A stretch of 49,884 bases of DNA, filler included, from Sphacelaria rigidula (lineage: Eukaryota): the NCBI GenBank assembly GCA_964200075.2. It is 3 parts of 3 records of this genome, joined end to end, with 100 filler letters (N's around TTAATTAATTAA, not from the genome) between each part and the next. Parts side by side here need not be neighbours in the genome. Positions count along the whole stretch, not along the records: positions 1 to 16,565 come from CAXNAA020001312.1; positions 16,666 to 33,228 come from CAXNAA020001313.1; 1 more part is not named here. One strand, written 5' to 3'. Position 1 is the stretch's first letter. Each line of letters opens with the position of its first letter. The position numbers and the translations under genes are program-made. The notes beneath the pieces were generated by a model that was not told where the DNA came from, made no database searches, and saw only the letters and a list, made by a program, of their open reading frames with translations. Positions 10,301 through 21,896 of this stretch are shown in pieces.

Positions 10301-13300
10301 GTGTTTGTTGTTGTTGTTGTAGTTGTCCTTGTCTTCTCAACAGTTCACGATTATGCTTCTTGTACAAACACGTTTCGCCCCGCTGCGGCCCAAGCGCCTC
10401 AGACATCCCAACTCCTGACATCGCCCGAAACCTTGAACAGTTTCTGCGAGAGAGACACGAACATCACGAGAGGGGTCTGAGGCATGACTTGGAGGTCAAG
10501 GCTAGGGCGAGCAAAGCCAGCCTTCAGCGCCGACGCGATTTCCGTCGGAGCGTTTCCCAGGGTTCGGAAACTATTCGGCAGTTGAGCTGCAGTCCGCGGC
10601 TCCCTATGACGCCACAGGCACGACACGCAAGGTGGCCGCGAGAGGGACGTGCCGAGATTGACCGGGCGGCGGATGCCAGGCTTGGCAGTGTAGGCAACTT
10701 CGAAGCAGCTGCGGGAGCGAGTGTTGCACCCGAGGGCTGCACAGACTTTGGTCGGTACAAGAAGACGGTCAAGGTTTGTCGCTGGTTGTCGTCATCGACG
10801 TGATGAAATTGCATGGTACTTACTCCCCCCCTTGTTTTGTTTTGTTCCCTTTTGTATGCTTCGGCGCTGTGGCCGAGGAAAGTGCAAGGAGCGACACTTG
10901 ATTCACGTTCGATAAGATGGAATTTGGCCATGAATGAGCCTGTGTGCCTGTCGTCATATCCAACTGTGCAGGATGCTTGTTGTCGAGGGGTTGAGACGTT
11001 TTTGGGTCGGTATGTGTACTGCTTGGGCGCTGTTCGCGGCTGTGTGCATCTCAGGCGCGGGAATGTTTCGGCTTTTGAAGTTACTGTGGAACTATTGCTC
11101 GTCAACTATATATGATCAAGTAAGCTGTTGGTGTTGTTTGCAACACCGGAATGCACGGTCGCCACGATCGCACTCTGAGTCAAGTTCTGCATAGTTTAAC
11201 TCGTTTTGTGGCACCACACCCCGTGAATATCTCGTCTCCCTGTTCCTCTTGCTTGCGACCAACGAGCGACCACTCGCATGCTTGCGCGGTCCACCCCACC
11301 CACCCCGTTCGTCCCCGACTGACAACGAAAATGCGCAGAACGGTGCGCCTCCCCCTGCCGCCGGTGCTCCTTCTTCTTCTGCCGCAGTAGCAACATCTCT
11401 CGCATCGCCATCCTCTCTGCCTGTATCACCATCACCTTCACGGCCGATTCCGATACCCCCGCCTCTTCCCGGCACTGGAGGCGTTTTGCCTGCAGCTGGG
11501 TCGATTGCAAGGCCGATTCCGCCACCCCCTCCCCTCCCCATGATAACTTCCTCGCGTGTTGCTGGAGCTGGTGGAATGCCGCCACCGCCGCCCCCCTTGC
11601 CAACACCCAAGGGACCTGGCGGAGCATCGAAAAAACGGGCGTCGGTGGGTTCTGGCCGGCCGAACGCTCTGTGCGGTGTGGTCGTTGAGGATGAGGGTTC
11701 GACGTCGGCGATGACTCCTCCCGACACACCTTCGAGACGCATATCCGTGCCTATGCTCAACTTGCACTGGGATGTGCTTCCCCCAGCGGCGATTGGGAAA
11801 ACGATCTGGGGGAGGAGCAAGGACAAGAAGGCCGGCGGCACCGGCGAGGGTTGCGGGGGCGGCGGCGAGGGGGACAATGCGATATCGGAGGATCCCACGG
11901 TCGAGTTGATGGATGACATGGAGGTGGACGAACTCGAGAAACTGTTTTCGAAGCAAGCGAACTGGATGGTGTCTCCGCGCGGGACTCCGCGCGAGTCGCT
12001 GGTGACGCCCGGCGGTGTGACTCTTGGGAGTGGATGTTGTTCGGTGGGGAGCACTGCCCGTGGAGCATTTTTCGGCAGCGCGTTTCCGGGTGCGGCCGCC
12101 GGAGGGAGGGCAAAGAAGGTGCTGTTGTTGGATGTTGCGCGCGGGAATAATGTAGCCATCGGGCTGAAATCTTTCAAGTTGCCCGGTGGGGTGACGGAGC
12201 TGGCGAACGTGATCAGCGCTCTGGATCCTAAGGGTAAGTTGTTGTTGCTGTTGTTGTTGCCGTTTGCTGTTGTTGTTGTTGGTGGTGGTGATTACGGATA
12301 ATCTATTCGCGAGGCTACGCACGTGTGGGTACCATGGAGTACTCTGACTGAGAGCAGTGCGCTCTCTTGCCTACACTACCCGATTTTGCACGGTCTACGA
12401 AAGGTTCGTTCAGTTTATTTGCTCAAGACCAGGGTGATGTGAGGTGGTTTGCCCGGCATTCTTTTTTCACGTATAAAATTGCTCGTGTCGGTGCGCTTCC
12501 GTGTGCCGAAAATGATGGTCGGTTGAAGTGTGGGGCAACATGCGTCGGGAGTACGGTGTCATGGGCGGTAGTGTGGCTATAAAAGCACGACAGCACGAGG
12601 TGGGAGTCGGGGCGGACTTGCGGGGGGGCCGTTGCCGACCAATGGCGTCGAACGATAAGTTTATGGTGAGTAGTAGGATGATCGCAACATGCACTTGCCA
12701 CAGACAGATTCCAGACGGAGGAAATACTCAGCTGTGTCAAGTGGTTCGTAAATAATCGACTGATGTGCTGTCGAGTGCGAAAAGAGCTCTATGAAGAACC
12801 CTCCAAAATATTTTTTCGAAAGGTGTCCCCTCGTCATCTGCGTTGCCAAAAACACTTGAGCCGTTTTTTGTCTCACGCTTCGACCTATATATATATATAT
12901 ACCCCTAAAATTTATCTTGGCACAACCTCCTCATCACAATGCACAGGAGTTCTGTCTATGGAAGATCTTCAGAGGGTGAAGGTGTGTCTGCCGACGGGTC
13001 CAGAGCTGAAAACTATTGAGGCGTACGATGGACCGGTGGAAGACTTGGGGGCCGCGGAGGCATTTTTCCGGGCGGTGGCGTCCACGCCCAGGCCGGCGAA
13101 GAAAGTGACGGCCATGCTTTTGTCGCTGCAATTTTCATCTATCGCTGAGGTCTGCGGTACCCGGCTGGAGACCCTACACCGTGCGTGCGAGGAAGCCATG
13201 AGCAGCGACCGCTTGGCGCGGCTGCTGGATCGGGTACTTTACATCGGGAACCTCTTGAATGAGGGTGAGACATTTATCTTCTTGTTTTTGTTTCTTTATT

Positions 13301-15402
13301 TTTACGGTCGATGAATGCTTCTCCTTTTTTTTCTTCGTCAACTGTGAAATCGTTTGAGCGCGCTAAGAATATTGTATCCGAAAGACGTCTTCACTGCACA
13401 GTGTGATGGATAATGACTTCTTGGGGGAGAGTATCAACCCATGTATAATATTGGAAGGCGGAGGTCAGCCTCGGGTATGCGGTACTGTATGCGGTATGGG
13501 CCCAGTCTCAGTCAATACTTGAGGTCCACATATGGTGCATGTCGTGATTTGAGGTGGTTACGGGCGCGCAAGGAAGCGTTTTTCGTGTGAGGACATGAAC
13601 GGTAGAAGGTTAAGATGATGCGATGGTTGGGGGGGGGGGGGGAACTGGAGGGGTGAAAAANNNNNNNNNNGGGGGCACGCGGCGCGGAGGAAGTTTTTTC
13701 TGGGGGAGGACAGGAAGGGTAGGAGGTAAATATGGTGGGGGTGGGGGGGGGGGGGGGGGCATCTGGAGGGTTGAAAAAGTGACGTCGTGGACGAGTTCAC
13801 CCATGTCGACACCCAGTGGAGTTTGTACCGTGTCCCCCATACGTTCCATCTTTAGACGCCGCAACAGCATTTTACGCATAAGGTATCGTAAGAATTTGCG
13901 CGGCTATGCTGTTAAAAATAGCCCTACCCTGTCGCGGTTCGAATTCATGCGGATGCACATTTTTTGTTCGGAGACAACCACCCCCCCCCTCGTCGACACC
14001 TTTCCTCCACCCCATGAACGCCGTCCGTGTCACCGCCGTTTACTGCGTGTAAAAACCGTATGTGTACAACACTGCTCGTCCCTCAAACATAGGCACGTAC
14101 AAGGGTAACGCGCGCGGCTTCCGTCTTGCTTCGCTGCTCAAGCTGAGCCACACCAAGTCCCACTCGGACAAGAAGACTACCGTACTCCGCTTCATGGTGC
14201 GCGGTCTGGCCACCAAACAAAAGGACGCCGCCGCCGCCGCTGCCGCTGCCTCCGCCGCAAAAGATGCGACAACCTCCTCTGTCGCTGTACATGGAGCTGC
14301 CGCAATTGACGACGGTGAAAGGCCGCCGACGATAAAGGTGACAAGCAGCACGGAAAACATGGAGCTACTTGAAATGCCCGCGCTGTCTCCCTCATCAGAT
14401 CACGGAGTGATAACCCCGCGAGATTGTGCCGTCCACGCACCGATATCTCCCGCTTCCACAACAGCGAGCGACAGCTTCACAATCGACAACAGAAATGATG
14501 ATAGCAGCAGCAACAGCGGCAACGCAAGCGGGTCCACCACGACGAAACTCGCCGGTGCTACTGCTGCACGATCGCCCGTCGATAGCACAGCCGCTAGCAA
14601 AGCCTACCGCTCCACGCCGTGGCGATGCGGCGAGCCCCCAGGATGCATCCGAGCCTTGTCTTTGTCCCCCATCTGTTCACGGGAAACGGTCGACAGCGGC
14701 GCCGCAGCCCGGACCCGCCGCGGCCGCACTGCCTCAGTGTCTACTCCCCCCAAGACTGTGCGCCCATGGGGCTCCGGCCGTGCTAGTGTCGGGGGCGGCA
14801 GTGATAAGAGGATAAAGGTGAAGGTGCTAGATCTTGAGGCGGAGCTGGGACACGTGCGTGCGGCTGCCAAGGCGCCGATTGGGGAGATCTTGGTCGACAT
14901 CAGGCAGGCTAAGCGCGGACTGAAGCAGGCCGCAGACGAGCTCAAGGCAGTGCTTGCCGAGAAGGAGGCGGAGGTTGGAAATCGGGGCATCGTCAGCCGT
15001 AGCAGCAGCATCAATAACGGAGCAGTTTCCGCATGTGGGACGGGACCGGAAGCGCCGGAAGAAAACACGGAGCAGTCAGATACCGCAGCGGTGGGAAAGG
15101 CCGCGGGCGTGTCTGCCTCCGCCCGCGCGGATGAACTAGGTGCGACGGGGGAGGCCGGTGATGATAGTGAGGTTAGTGCCGGGGTACGTAAGCTTGAAGG
15201 CTTTGTGGGAATGGCCAGAGAGCAGCTCGCAAAGATGGAAGAGAGCGCCGATAGGTGTGTGTCGTTGTGTAAAAGGCTGGGAGAGTTTTTCGGGGAAGAC
15301 GTGAAAGACGACGGGTCGCAATCGTCTGCGCACATTTTCCAGACCTTGGTGGAGTTTCTGGATTTACTAGCTGAGGCAAAGGGTGCTGAGGGCCTGTCTT
15401 GA
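6306..15402 (+). CDS. Formin (FH1-FH2) gene, spliced model join(6306..7390,9626..10166,10441..10773,11339..12233,12947..13264,14093..15402), 4482 nt / 1493 aa
   Basis: FH2 hallmarks appear in order across exons: LHWDVL...KTIW (lasso), ELEKLFS, LLDVARGNNVAIGLKSF, CLPTGPE..LGAAEAFF, IGNLLNEG|TYKGNARGFRLASLLKLSHTKS, FFGED..IFQTLVEF. Poly-proline FH1 lies just upstream. All five introns are GT..AG and phases (2,0,0,1,1) give one open frame. The start codon is uncertain. Confidence 0.85.
7490..7675 (-). repeat. Inverted, diverged copy of the CCCTAA-like hairpin repeat (formin intron 1)
   Basis: GCACTCTCTG..GCCCCTCTTGCCCCG.GGGCTCTC...TTGGATTAGGGCTGACGGTAACGGG resembles the reverse complement of 2712-2830. 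Confidence 0.4.
8254..9570. mobile_element. hAT-like non-autonomous DNA transposon in formin intron 1
   Basis: Imperfect TIRs CAACAGCAGGTCAGGTAGG / CCTACCCGACCTGCCCTTG. Flanked by 8-bp near-duplication GAATATTG (8246-8253) / CAATATTG (9571-9578). Dense subterminal GGGTA/TACCC/AATACTC repeats at both ends surround a ~500 bp unrelated core. Confidence 0.7.
9626..10166 (+). CDS. Formin exon 2
   Basis: Branch-like GCTAAT at 9611 and CAG acceptor at 9623-9625. The phase-2 join gives ..VTAR|SHVTGG.. in frame with ORF 9525..10199. Donor AAG|GTAAGG at 10167. Confidence 0.7.
10441..10773 (+). CDS. Formin exon 3
   Basis: CTGAC branch-like site at ~10415 and CAG at 10438-10440, the nearby acceptor that gives phase 0. 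Reads FLRERHEHHERG...YKKTVK. Donor AAG|GTTTGT at 10774. Confidence 0.6.
11339..12233 (+). CDS. Formin exon 4 (FH1 poly-proline and N-terminal part of FH2)
   Basis: ACTGAC branch site at ~11318 and GCGCAG acceptor ending at 11338. Encodes PIPIPPPLP, PIPPPPPLP, MPPPPPPLP, then LHW..TIW, LEKLF and RGNNVAIGL. Donor G|GTAAGT at 12234. Confidence 0.85.
12947..13264 (+). CDS. Formin exon 5 (FH2 knob/coiled-coil to GNxxN motif)
   Basis: CAG acceptor ending at 12946. Encodes LSMEDLQRVKVCLPTGPE...AEAFF...LYIGNLLNEG. Donor G|GTGAGA at 13265. Confidence 0.9.
14093..15402 (+). CDS. Formin exon 6 (FH2 post region with large insertions; stop TGA)
   Basis: TAG acceptor ending at 14092. The phase-1 join gives GTYKGNARGFRLASLLKLSHTKS. 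Ends FFGED...IFQTLVEFLDLLAEAKGAEGLS*. Confidence 0.9.
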
Positions 15403-16565
15403 TCTTTAGAAACATAACAAGATAAAAGAGACAGCGCAAAAGGAGCCAGCGAGGTCTGTCTGTCCATACTGTTTGTTGTTCCGCGGGGTGTGACGTTCGG
15501 CCTGTTCAAGGTTGCCCGTGGAGTGTGGTTTACTCCCATTGCTCGAGAACCGAGGCATGTGGGAGGCGTTTGAGGACTCATGTCGGGCAGTTGGGCGGGG
15601 CGGTGGGGTGGGGTGGGGCGGTGGGGCATCATTTGCGTGAGTTGTTTGTGTCGTGACGTGTGGTGTTGTCGTGGTGTACCGCACAAGATGCTAGTGTCTG
15701 TGTTGCCTTTTGGCTGTTCGTTGTAGGGGCTTGGCGTGTATCAGACGTTGTAGGTTTGCCATGTTTTCGGAACATTTTTCGGCCGCTTTTGGAGAGCTGC
15801 AGCATTTGTTTGCATTGAGTGAGATGTAGCTTCGTGGGTTGTCGTGCCAAGACGTGGACGGCTCGAAAACTTAACCATGTTGCCGTTGTGGTTAAATTCA
15901 GCCAGCCACTTTTGTGTTGTAGTTAATGAAAAAAATGGGGCGTTTCGGTGCCCTGGATCACGTGGGAGCGATTTGGACTACATGCGTATATAGAGACATG
16001 CTACATACACGAATTGCAATTCTGTGTTCCTCCCCAAGGACGTTGTTTTCGCATCGCGTGTTCTGATCGAAAACGGACCGCTTTTACAGACGCTCACGCG
16101 CGGTGCTGATCTTGGAAAAAGAAAAAAACGGTTTTGATAGGAAGGGAGACTGCTGTCGGCAAAGGTTTGAGCCGACGTTTCAGGAGCGCTATTACAGTGT
16201 ACGTAAAACAAGTTTACAACATGTTATTTGTCGTGTGTTGGAGAGTGAACGCGATATTTTTCAGGACTCGATTTTTTTTTGTTTGGCACCTCTTCACGCC
16301 GCGATAGATGCCGGGTAGTAGGGCAATGTGAACCAGACAAATACGGCAGTTCGGTTGTTTACTGTTTGTTTCAACCTTCTGCAGAGTCGCTATCGGGTAT
16401 GTTTATGCGATTTAGAGGCATGTGGATCATAAGATCGAACGGGTCATGCTCAGTGATCGACGTTTGCGTTTTTTTTTTCTGTCTTGGAGTTTTTGTCGCA
16501 TGTCCTCCCCGCCCCCCCCCCCGGCGGGACGGCCAGGACGGTGTGCCGATGCGGTCGGGGGTGTG

Positions 16566-16665
16566 NNNNNNNNNNNNNNNNNNNNNNNNNNNNNNNNNNN
16601 NNNNNNNNNTTAATTAATTAANNNNNNNNNNNNNNNNNNNNNNNNNNNNNNNNNNNNNNNNNNNN
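16566..16665. other. Artificial scaffold spacer (44 N + TTAATTAATTAA + 44 N)
   Basis: Exactly 100 nt with a six-frame-stop linker. An identical structure is at 33229-33328. Confidence 0.95.
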
Positions 16666-16779
16666 GGCTATGGGTACTGTGAGTCTGCGTACCCCCCCCC
16701 CCCCCCCCAGAGGCGAGGTGCGTTTAAGGGGGTTCGGCTACATTCCATTCATGGTCAACACATGTCACAACTGCGTATC

Positions 16780-17010
16780 GCTAATACTAACCCTAGCCCC
16801 CAACCCAAGGCATACCGAGAACCCTCGGGCGAGAGAAGTGCATAGGGTGTTTTAGACAAAGTGCGGCGTTGGTAGACCCCAAATCGGCGCCTGTGGCGCC
16901 GATAGAGACGAAAACGCACTCTGCGCACGCGAGGAACACACGGGACTGTCAAGCCCCACTACAGATCCGATTCTCGATGTTCACACTCAAATCAAGTAAT
17001 ATCAACTATG
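16780..17010 (+). repeat. Copy of the CCCTAA-like hairpin repeat
   Basis: CTAATACTAACCCTAGCCCCAACCCAAGGCATACCGAGAACCCTCGGGC aligns to 2712-2960. Confidence 0.55.
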
Positions 17011-17224
17011 GGTAGATTGTAGCCCAACTCTGGTCAGCTCTACTGCCGGAAGCTTGCTGATATTTACCTGAATTTTCACGGCTCCACCACCATCACACAA
17101 CCCGGAACGGTGCAACAGGTACTTCCCCGCCACCGTTCGACAGAGAAATGAGAAAGAGGGGAATAAGCGTGCCGATATTTACATCATATAAGAAATAGAA
17201 AAATATTATTAGAGCGAAGCGGAT

Positions 17225-18150
17225 CCCACCGATCTCTTGAGATGTTTGTACAGGCCTCTCATGTCGCGATCCTTGTAGATCGCTTCTAGCCTCGCCGCAT
17301 ACCTCTCCAGATGTGCATGGATGCCGTCGTCTATTGCTGTACGAACGCTCTTACACGCGGCTCTGAGTGCTTCTCACGATGCTGGGGTACGATGATCCTT
17401 CATCCGTCGGCGTGCCGCCCGTCGTTTGGCGAGCGCTGCTTCCACTGATGCTCTCGTGCCGGGGTTTTCACACCGTTCCGGCATATGTGGTACCCGTGCC
17501 TCTTCCGGGAGTACTGTCTGCGCTGCTTCGAGGATAGCTTCGATAACTCCTTCGCGGCCGCCGGTGCGGTGGTGATTGGCTGGTATTTTTGCTCGCCGAG
17601 GTTATGTAGGAACCTCTCGATCACGTGCTACCATGCAATTTCGGTCTGCAGCTGCTGTCGACTGATTTGCCGCTACTTCAATTTGGTTCGTACTGGGCGG
17701 TTGTGGGCTAGGTGGCCACCGAGGTCGACAGTGGCCACCACCATCTTGTGGTCCGAGTCCGCTTTAGCCGGGGATGCGGGTTGGGGGTGTACGACTACGT
17801 TGCGCACTCTACCTCTGTGTGCCTGCCGGGTGTGTATGTTGTCTTTTCGCTTGAGGTCGCTCGTGCGATTCCCCGCAACACCATTGTATGTGAGCGAGAC
17901 TCCGCCTTTGCGCGTGCTGAAGAAAGTGTTCGTGATGGCTAGTTTGTTGTTGGTTGCGAAAGTTAGCTGAAGTTTGCCATACCATTCAGCTCATCACGTC
18001 CATAGGCGCCTAGAACCCCTTCGTCGTATAAGCCCCCTCCTACGTTGTCCTCCATCCGCGCGTTGGCATCCACCAATACATACACACATTCCTTTGACGG
18101 AATTCGCTGTGCGATACCGTCAAGTCCATCCCAGGATGCTTGTTTCACAA
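17225..18150 (-). mobile_element. Degenerate non-LTR retrotransposon (RTE-like LINE) ORF2 fragment: AP-endonuclease plus tether region
   Basis: Minus-strand translation with a frameshift and stops: IPSKECVYVLVDANAR..VLGAYGRDELN / FATNNKLAITNTFF / KADSDHKMVV (APE D-x-N-A and SDH motifs), then ERYAARLEAIYKDRDMRGLYKHLK. Confidence 0.8.
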
Positions 18151-19399
18151 CAGCTAGAGTTCTGACATTGCGAGTGGCTACCTTAACAAGTTGACTCCGC
18201 CGTTTCGCCCCGGCTACTCGTGCTGCTTTCCTAGTAAGCGTCCGCCTTGCCCGGCCCTTCGTCCTGTTTTTCCTTCTTTTTTTTATTTGTTTTCTTTTAT
18301 CGCGTTTCAGACTCTCTGGTTTTTGCTAACCCGGTGCTTGTCTTGTATCACAGTTGGGTGCAACTCTCCTGCTCTGCCTGACTCTACTCCTTCCTCGCTA
18401 CTGGTGTGTGTGCCCACGCGATTTGCAGCCCCTCCATTCCTGTTTAGGCTGCCCCCACTGCGCTCTCCACCGCTGCATAGCCCCGGTGTCCAGACCGGTG
18501 CTTTAGCATTTAGCTGCACACTGCTGCTGGAGTTGTTCCAAAACCAAGCACACGCCACTCTCGTGATCGTGGTGCCTCTCGTCTTCCTAACTTAGTCTCC
18601 CCGTTGATACGAGGCTCGGGCTCGTCTCTCCGCCGTCGTTGGGAGGTCTTTGGATGGTGGTCTAAGATCACAAGCGGACTTCTGCCCACCTCAGTATGGG
18701 CAGTCGGAGGAAGGGGGTGGTATCTGAAACATTTAGTGCGATGTGAGCTACACTGTGTTCCACGACCCCTGTATCTCGCCTCGCCCTAAACTCAGAGTTC
18801 TCGTCGACACGATGATTGGGCTCGTGTCTCCCGCCTTTCCCTGCTCCGCCGTCGTTGGTTTGGTGGTCTTTGTGTGTGGTCTAAGATCGCTGGCGGTCTT
18901 CGGCCCACCCCAGCAAGGGCCAGGCCAGGAGGAAGGGAAGTCGTTGTGCGAGCCCCAAATACCCCCTTCCCCGACTGGTGATGGGGGGGGCACGGGGGGC
19001 GCCGCCGGAGGCAAGAACATTGGGCTATTTGGCTTCATTTCCCATCAAGTTTGGCGTACTTTATTCAAGGCCTCCTAGCCCAGGAGAAATGAACGTGTCC
19101 GGATTTGACAATACCGAGCAATCACCAGGGCCTTCCTTATCCACTCTGGACGCAGAAATATGAGTAGATGTGTACTGAGGAGAAACGAGCACGACCAAAG
19201 CAGGTTTGACAGCCAAAGCAGGGTTGACAGAAAAAGCATCGCCAGAACTATTCGGAGCATTTCCAGCAGAGTCAGGAGCATCATACATGGTATTTCACAA
19301 ATTGCGGACGGATTTGCTTTCGAGGATGAATGACCCGGGAACCTTCTTGAGAACCGAGATATTTTGAAGAAAAGGCGAGCGTACTCTCCGGTCGTGATG

Positions 19400-19700
19400 T
19401 GCGGCCTCACTTATCTTTAAAACAATATCCATCCGCAACGTGTGAGATTCCGTGGTAACAGGGAGTTCTGAAAATGGGAACGAGCGGACGTCGAAATTGG
19501 TCGGAAAAGACATGGGATTTTCCAACTTGCTGTTTTTCAAGTGAGCGAGGCCACACATCACGGCCTGAGAATGCTCTTCTATTTTCCCTCGGTGGTGTTT
19601 CGATGCTCGCTTGTGAACGTTCTCGAGGCTCATCCTTATCAAAATCCACCCGCAATTTGTGAAATTCCATGTCATAATAGGAATAACGAGCACAGGTTAG
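19400..19700 (-). mobile_element. Possible decayed LINE ORF2 C-terminal remnant
   Basis: LVIPIMTWNFTNCGW...SLENVHKRASK resembles the LVRPxLEY..W...LExVQxRAxK stretch of LINE ORF2. Otherwise degenerate. Confidence 0.3.
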
Positions 19701-19860
19701 CACGTGTACTTCCGTTTTGAGCAGAAAGTTACAACAAGAGGTTGATAGAGGGCATGAAGGCACCCCGGGCACCTCTGTATCGGATGAAATACGGGTATGC
19801 GATCAGTGTGCCCATCACCCTGGCCTTAGAATTGAGGTAGACGCTTTGAAACATACACTC

Positions 19861-19920
19861 CTGGACCCCTCGGGGGTCAGTTAAAGTGCGACAATCAATC
19901 GATCAAGATCAAATCAAAAC
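19861..19920 (+). mobile_element. Retroposon 3' end: stem-loop + AAAGTGCGACA + decayed (AATC)n tail
   Basis: 39 nt identical to the reverse complement of 318-356, while upstream sequences differ. Confidence 0.65.
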
Positions 19921-20987
19921 TCCGCAAACCCGGAAACATCAGAAAAAATGAGCGCGCAATGAAATGCATGAAACGAAAGTCGAAGGGGGAAGGAAAAGGG
20001 GCCTGGAAAGAAAAGGGGCCTAATGGGCACACACCGAGGTGTGAGATAATTTTGTTCCTCAAGGTAGCATGACCAAGGAGCCCAAATGCCTCCTTGGGAC
20101 ATATGCTTGCCAGAATTCAGGTTAAAAAACGTCATCACGAGAAGCAGAATGGGTGAGAGCTTACTGTAACAATTACCCCTACCAGCAAAATGATGAATAA
20201 TTACTCATTAATCGGGTAAAAAAAAAACATTTATTGTATCGAATAGATTGCCATGTGTCCAGGGTGCTTCCAATTTCAATTCATTTCGGTGTTTGGGACG
20301 TTGCCGTCTCGGATTTCGGCGGTGAACCCGGAGTGGTCTCGGCTGGGCCCTCTACTCTAAAATGAAGGTCTGCTCGTAACGTATTTTATGCTTAGACGTG
20401 GCATTTATCTCCTTACGGTAGGTAGTGGAGGGACTGGTGGACTCGTTTCAGTATCAAAACGCCCAGGTATCATCATGTAGATCCTTTGTTTTGTGTCTCG
20501 TTCGAATCACGTGTTGCATGAAAAACTGCCTGTACTGCGGTATGGTTGCGTCCTTGCATTCCTTGCCAAAAACTACGGTCCCCGCGCCTCGTACACAGTA
20601 CAGTTCATGATAACCAGAGCATGTCGGTGGCGTATATTTCATGCATATCCGTTTTTGAACTGGAACGGTATACTAGTTCGTACAGCACGGAGCATGCGGC
20701 AGTACTAGATGGAAAAACTGATACACCACACCTCCACATGCAACAACAATGGACTCGCTGGCATTTTTTCTGCGTGCTTCCGAATAAAGCGTCATGAAAC
20801 ATGAGGAGCAATACCGTGACGGGCTGCCACAGGAGAGTAGAACGCTGTAGTGCACAAGCGCGCTGGCACAATGTCGGCATCAGGGAAACGCTAGCGCGCG
20901 GGCTGCTCGAAAATAACGCGCTCCGTCCGTGTGATTTAATTCAATGCGCTTTAATGGATTTCAATGCAGAGGTTAGGGCCGTTGTTA

Positions 20988-21259
20988 CAAAAATAACAAT
21001 ATGGAAAAGTGCCTTTTCAGAGCTTTTACGTCGTTTTACGCCCCGAAAGAGAGCTAGGCGGAGTTTGATACCTTGGAATGACTTGCTCTACTAGTTGAGG
21101 CGGTCCCAGGACATCTTCCCGTTTTCCGGTGGCCGCAGTTTTTATTTTGGCCAAACAAGAATTTGTTTCCAAAAACGGTAAAGAACAGTCAAGTCCAGAG
21201 AAAAGTGGGGATTTTTTCTCCAAAAAAGGCACTTTTCCAGATTTTTAGTTTTGGCTGTG
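20988..21259. mobile_element. MITE-like element with ~30-bp imperfect inverted ends
   Basis: CAAAAATAACAATATGGAAAAGTGCCTTTT versus AAAAGGCACTTTTCCAGATTTTTAGTTTTGG. Confidence 0.5.
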
Positions 21260-21554
21260 ATAAAGAGCGACCTTCTCGAGTCCAAAAATGTGAGAGCGCG
21301 ACGTGATAGTGATAGGGATTGTAGCGGTTGGGGATTTTTTTTTTTTCATGATTCCGATTGGTTGTGATTTGATACCACATTCTCACCTCCCCCAAAATCA
21401 CTTTCACGAAAATTAATACTTTGAGAATAAATTGTCGTGAGGGCGGATGGATATTTGCGTGAGAATGCGAAGAGCAACGTCACATGGTTGCGAGGCGTGG
21501 GCTGTTGGGCTCTTCATGGGACAGAGAGTTGGTTTCCCGTCACTAGCGCTAGCC

Positions 21555-21860
21555 ACGCTGGCTTCAATCCCATCACCAGCAGTGGCCACGCGTGGGGGAC
21601 GCACTCCACGTGCACAGCTTCCACAGAAAGATGCGCACAGCTATATCTCCCAAAACTTCGCCGAGTGAGCAAGCATAAACCCATCGGCAGGTAAAACATA
21701 CTAGCGCTGTCCAAGACGGTGGCAATCACTCGCAGGGTGTGTGGGTGTTGTCGCGCGGTCGAAACACGGACCGTCTACAATCAAGAGCAGCAGCAGCAGT
21801 AGAATAGGCAGCGGCTGATTCAGACCCACCCCCAGCCGTACACATTTACTGGCAATAAAA

Positions 21861-21896
<36 letters not shown>

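Noticed and set aside
11116..12322. Long minus-strand ORFs (353 aa, 294 aa) over formin exon 4
   Set aside because: Antisense shadows of a GC-rich coding exon; low complexity with no motifs.
13555..13780. Apparent ~115-bp G-rich tandem duplication / G-quadruplex array around a 10-N gap (similar cases at ~35460-35700 and ~42260-42420)
   Set aside because: The two copies flank a gap and degrade into homopolymers, typical of overlapping low-quality read ends. Likely assembly artefacts.
14604..15686. 360-aa minus-strand ORF
   Set aside because: Shadow of formin exon 6 extending into the 3' UTR.
16610..16621. TTAATTAATTAA palindrome (also 33273-33284)
   Set aside because: Synthetic linker embedded in N padding.
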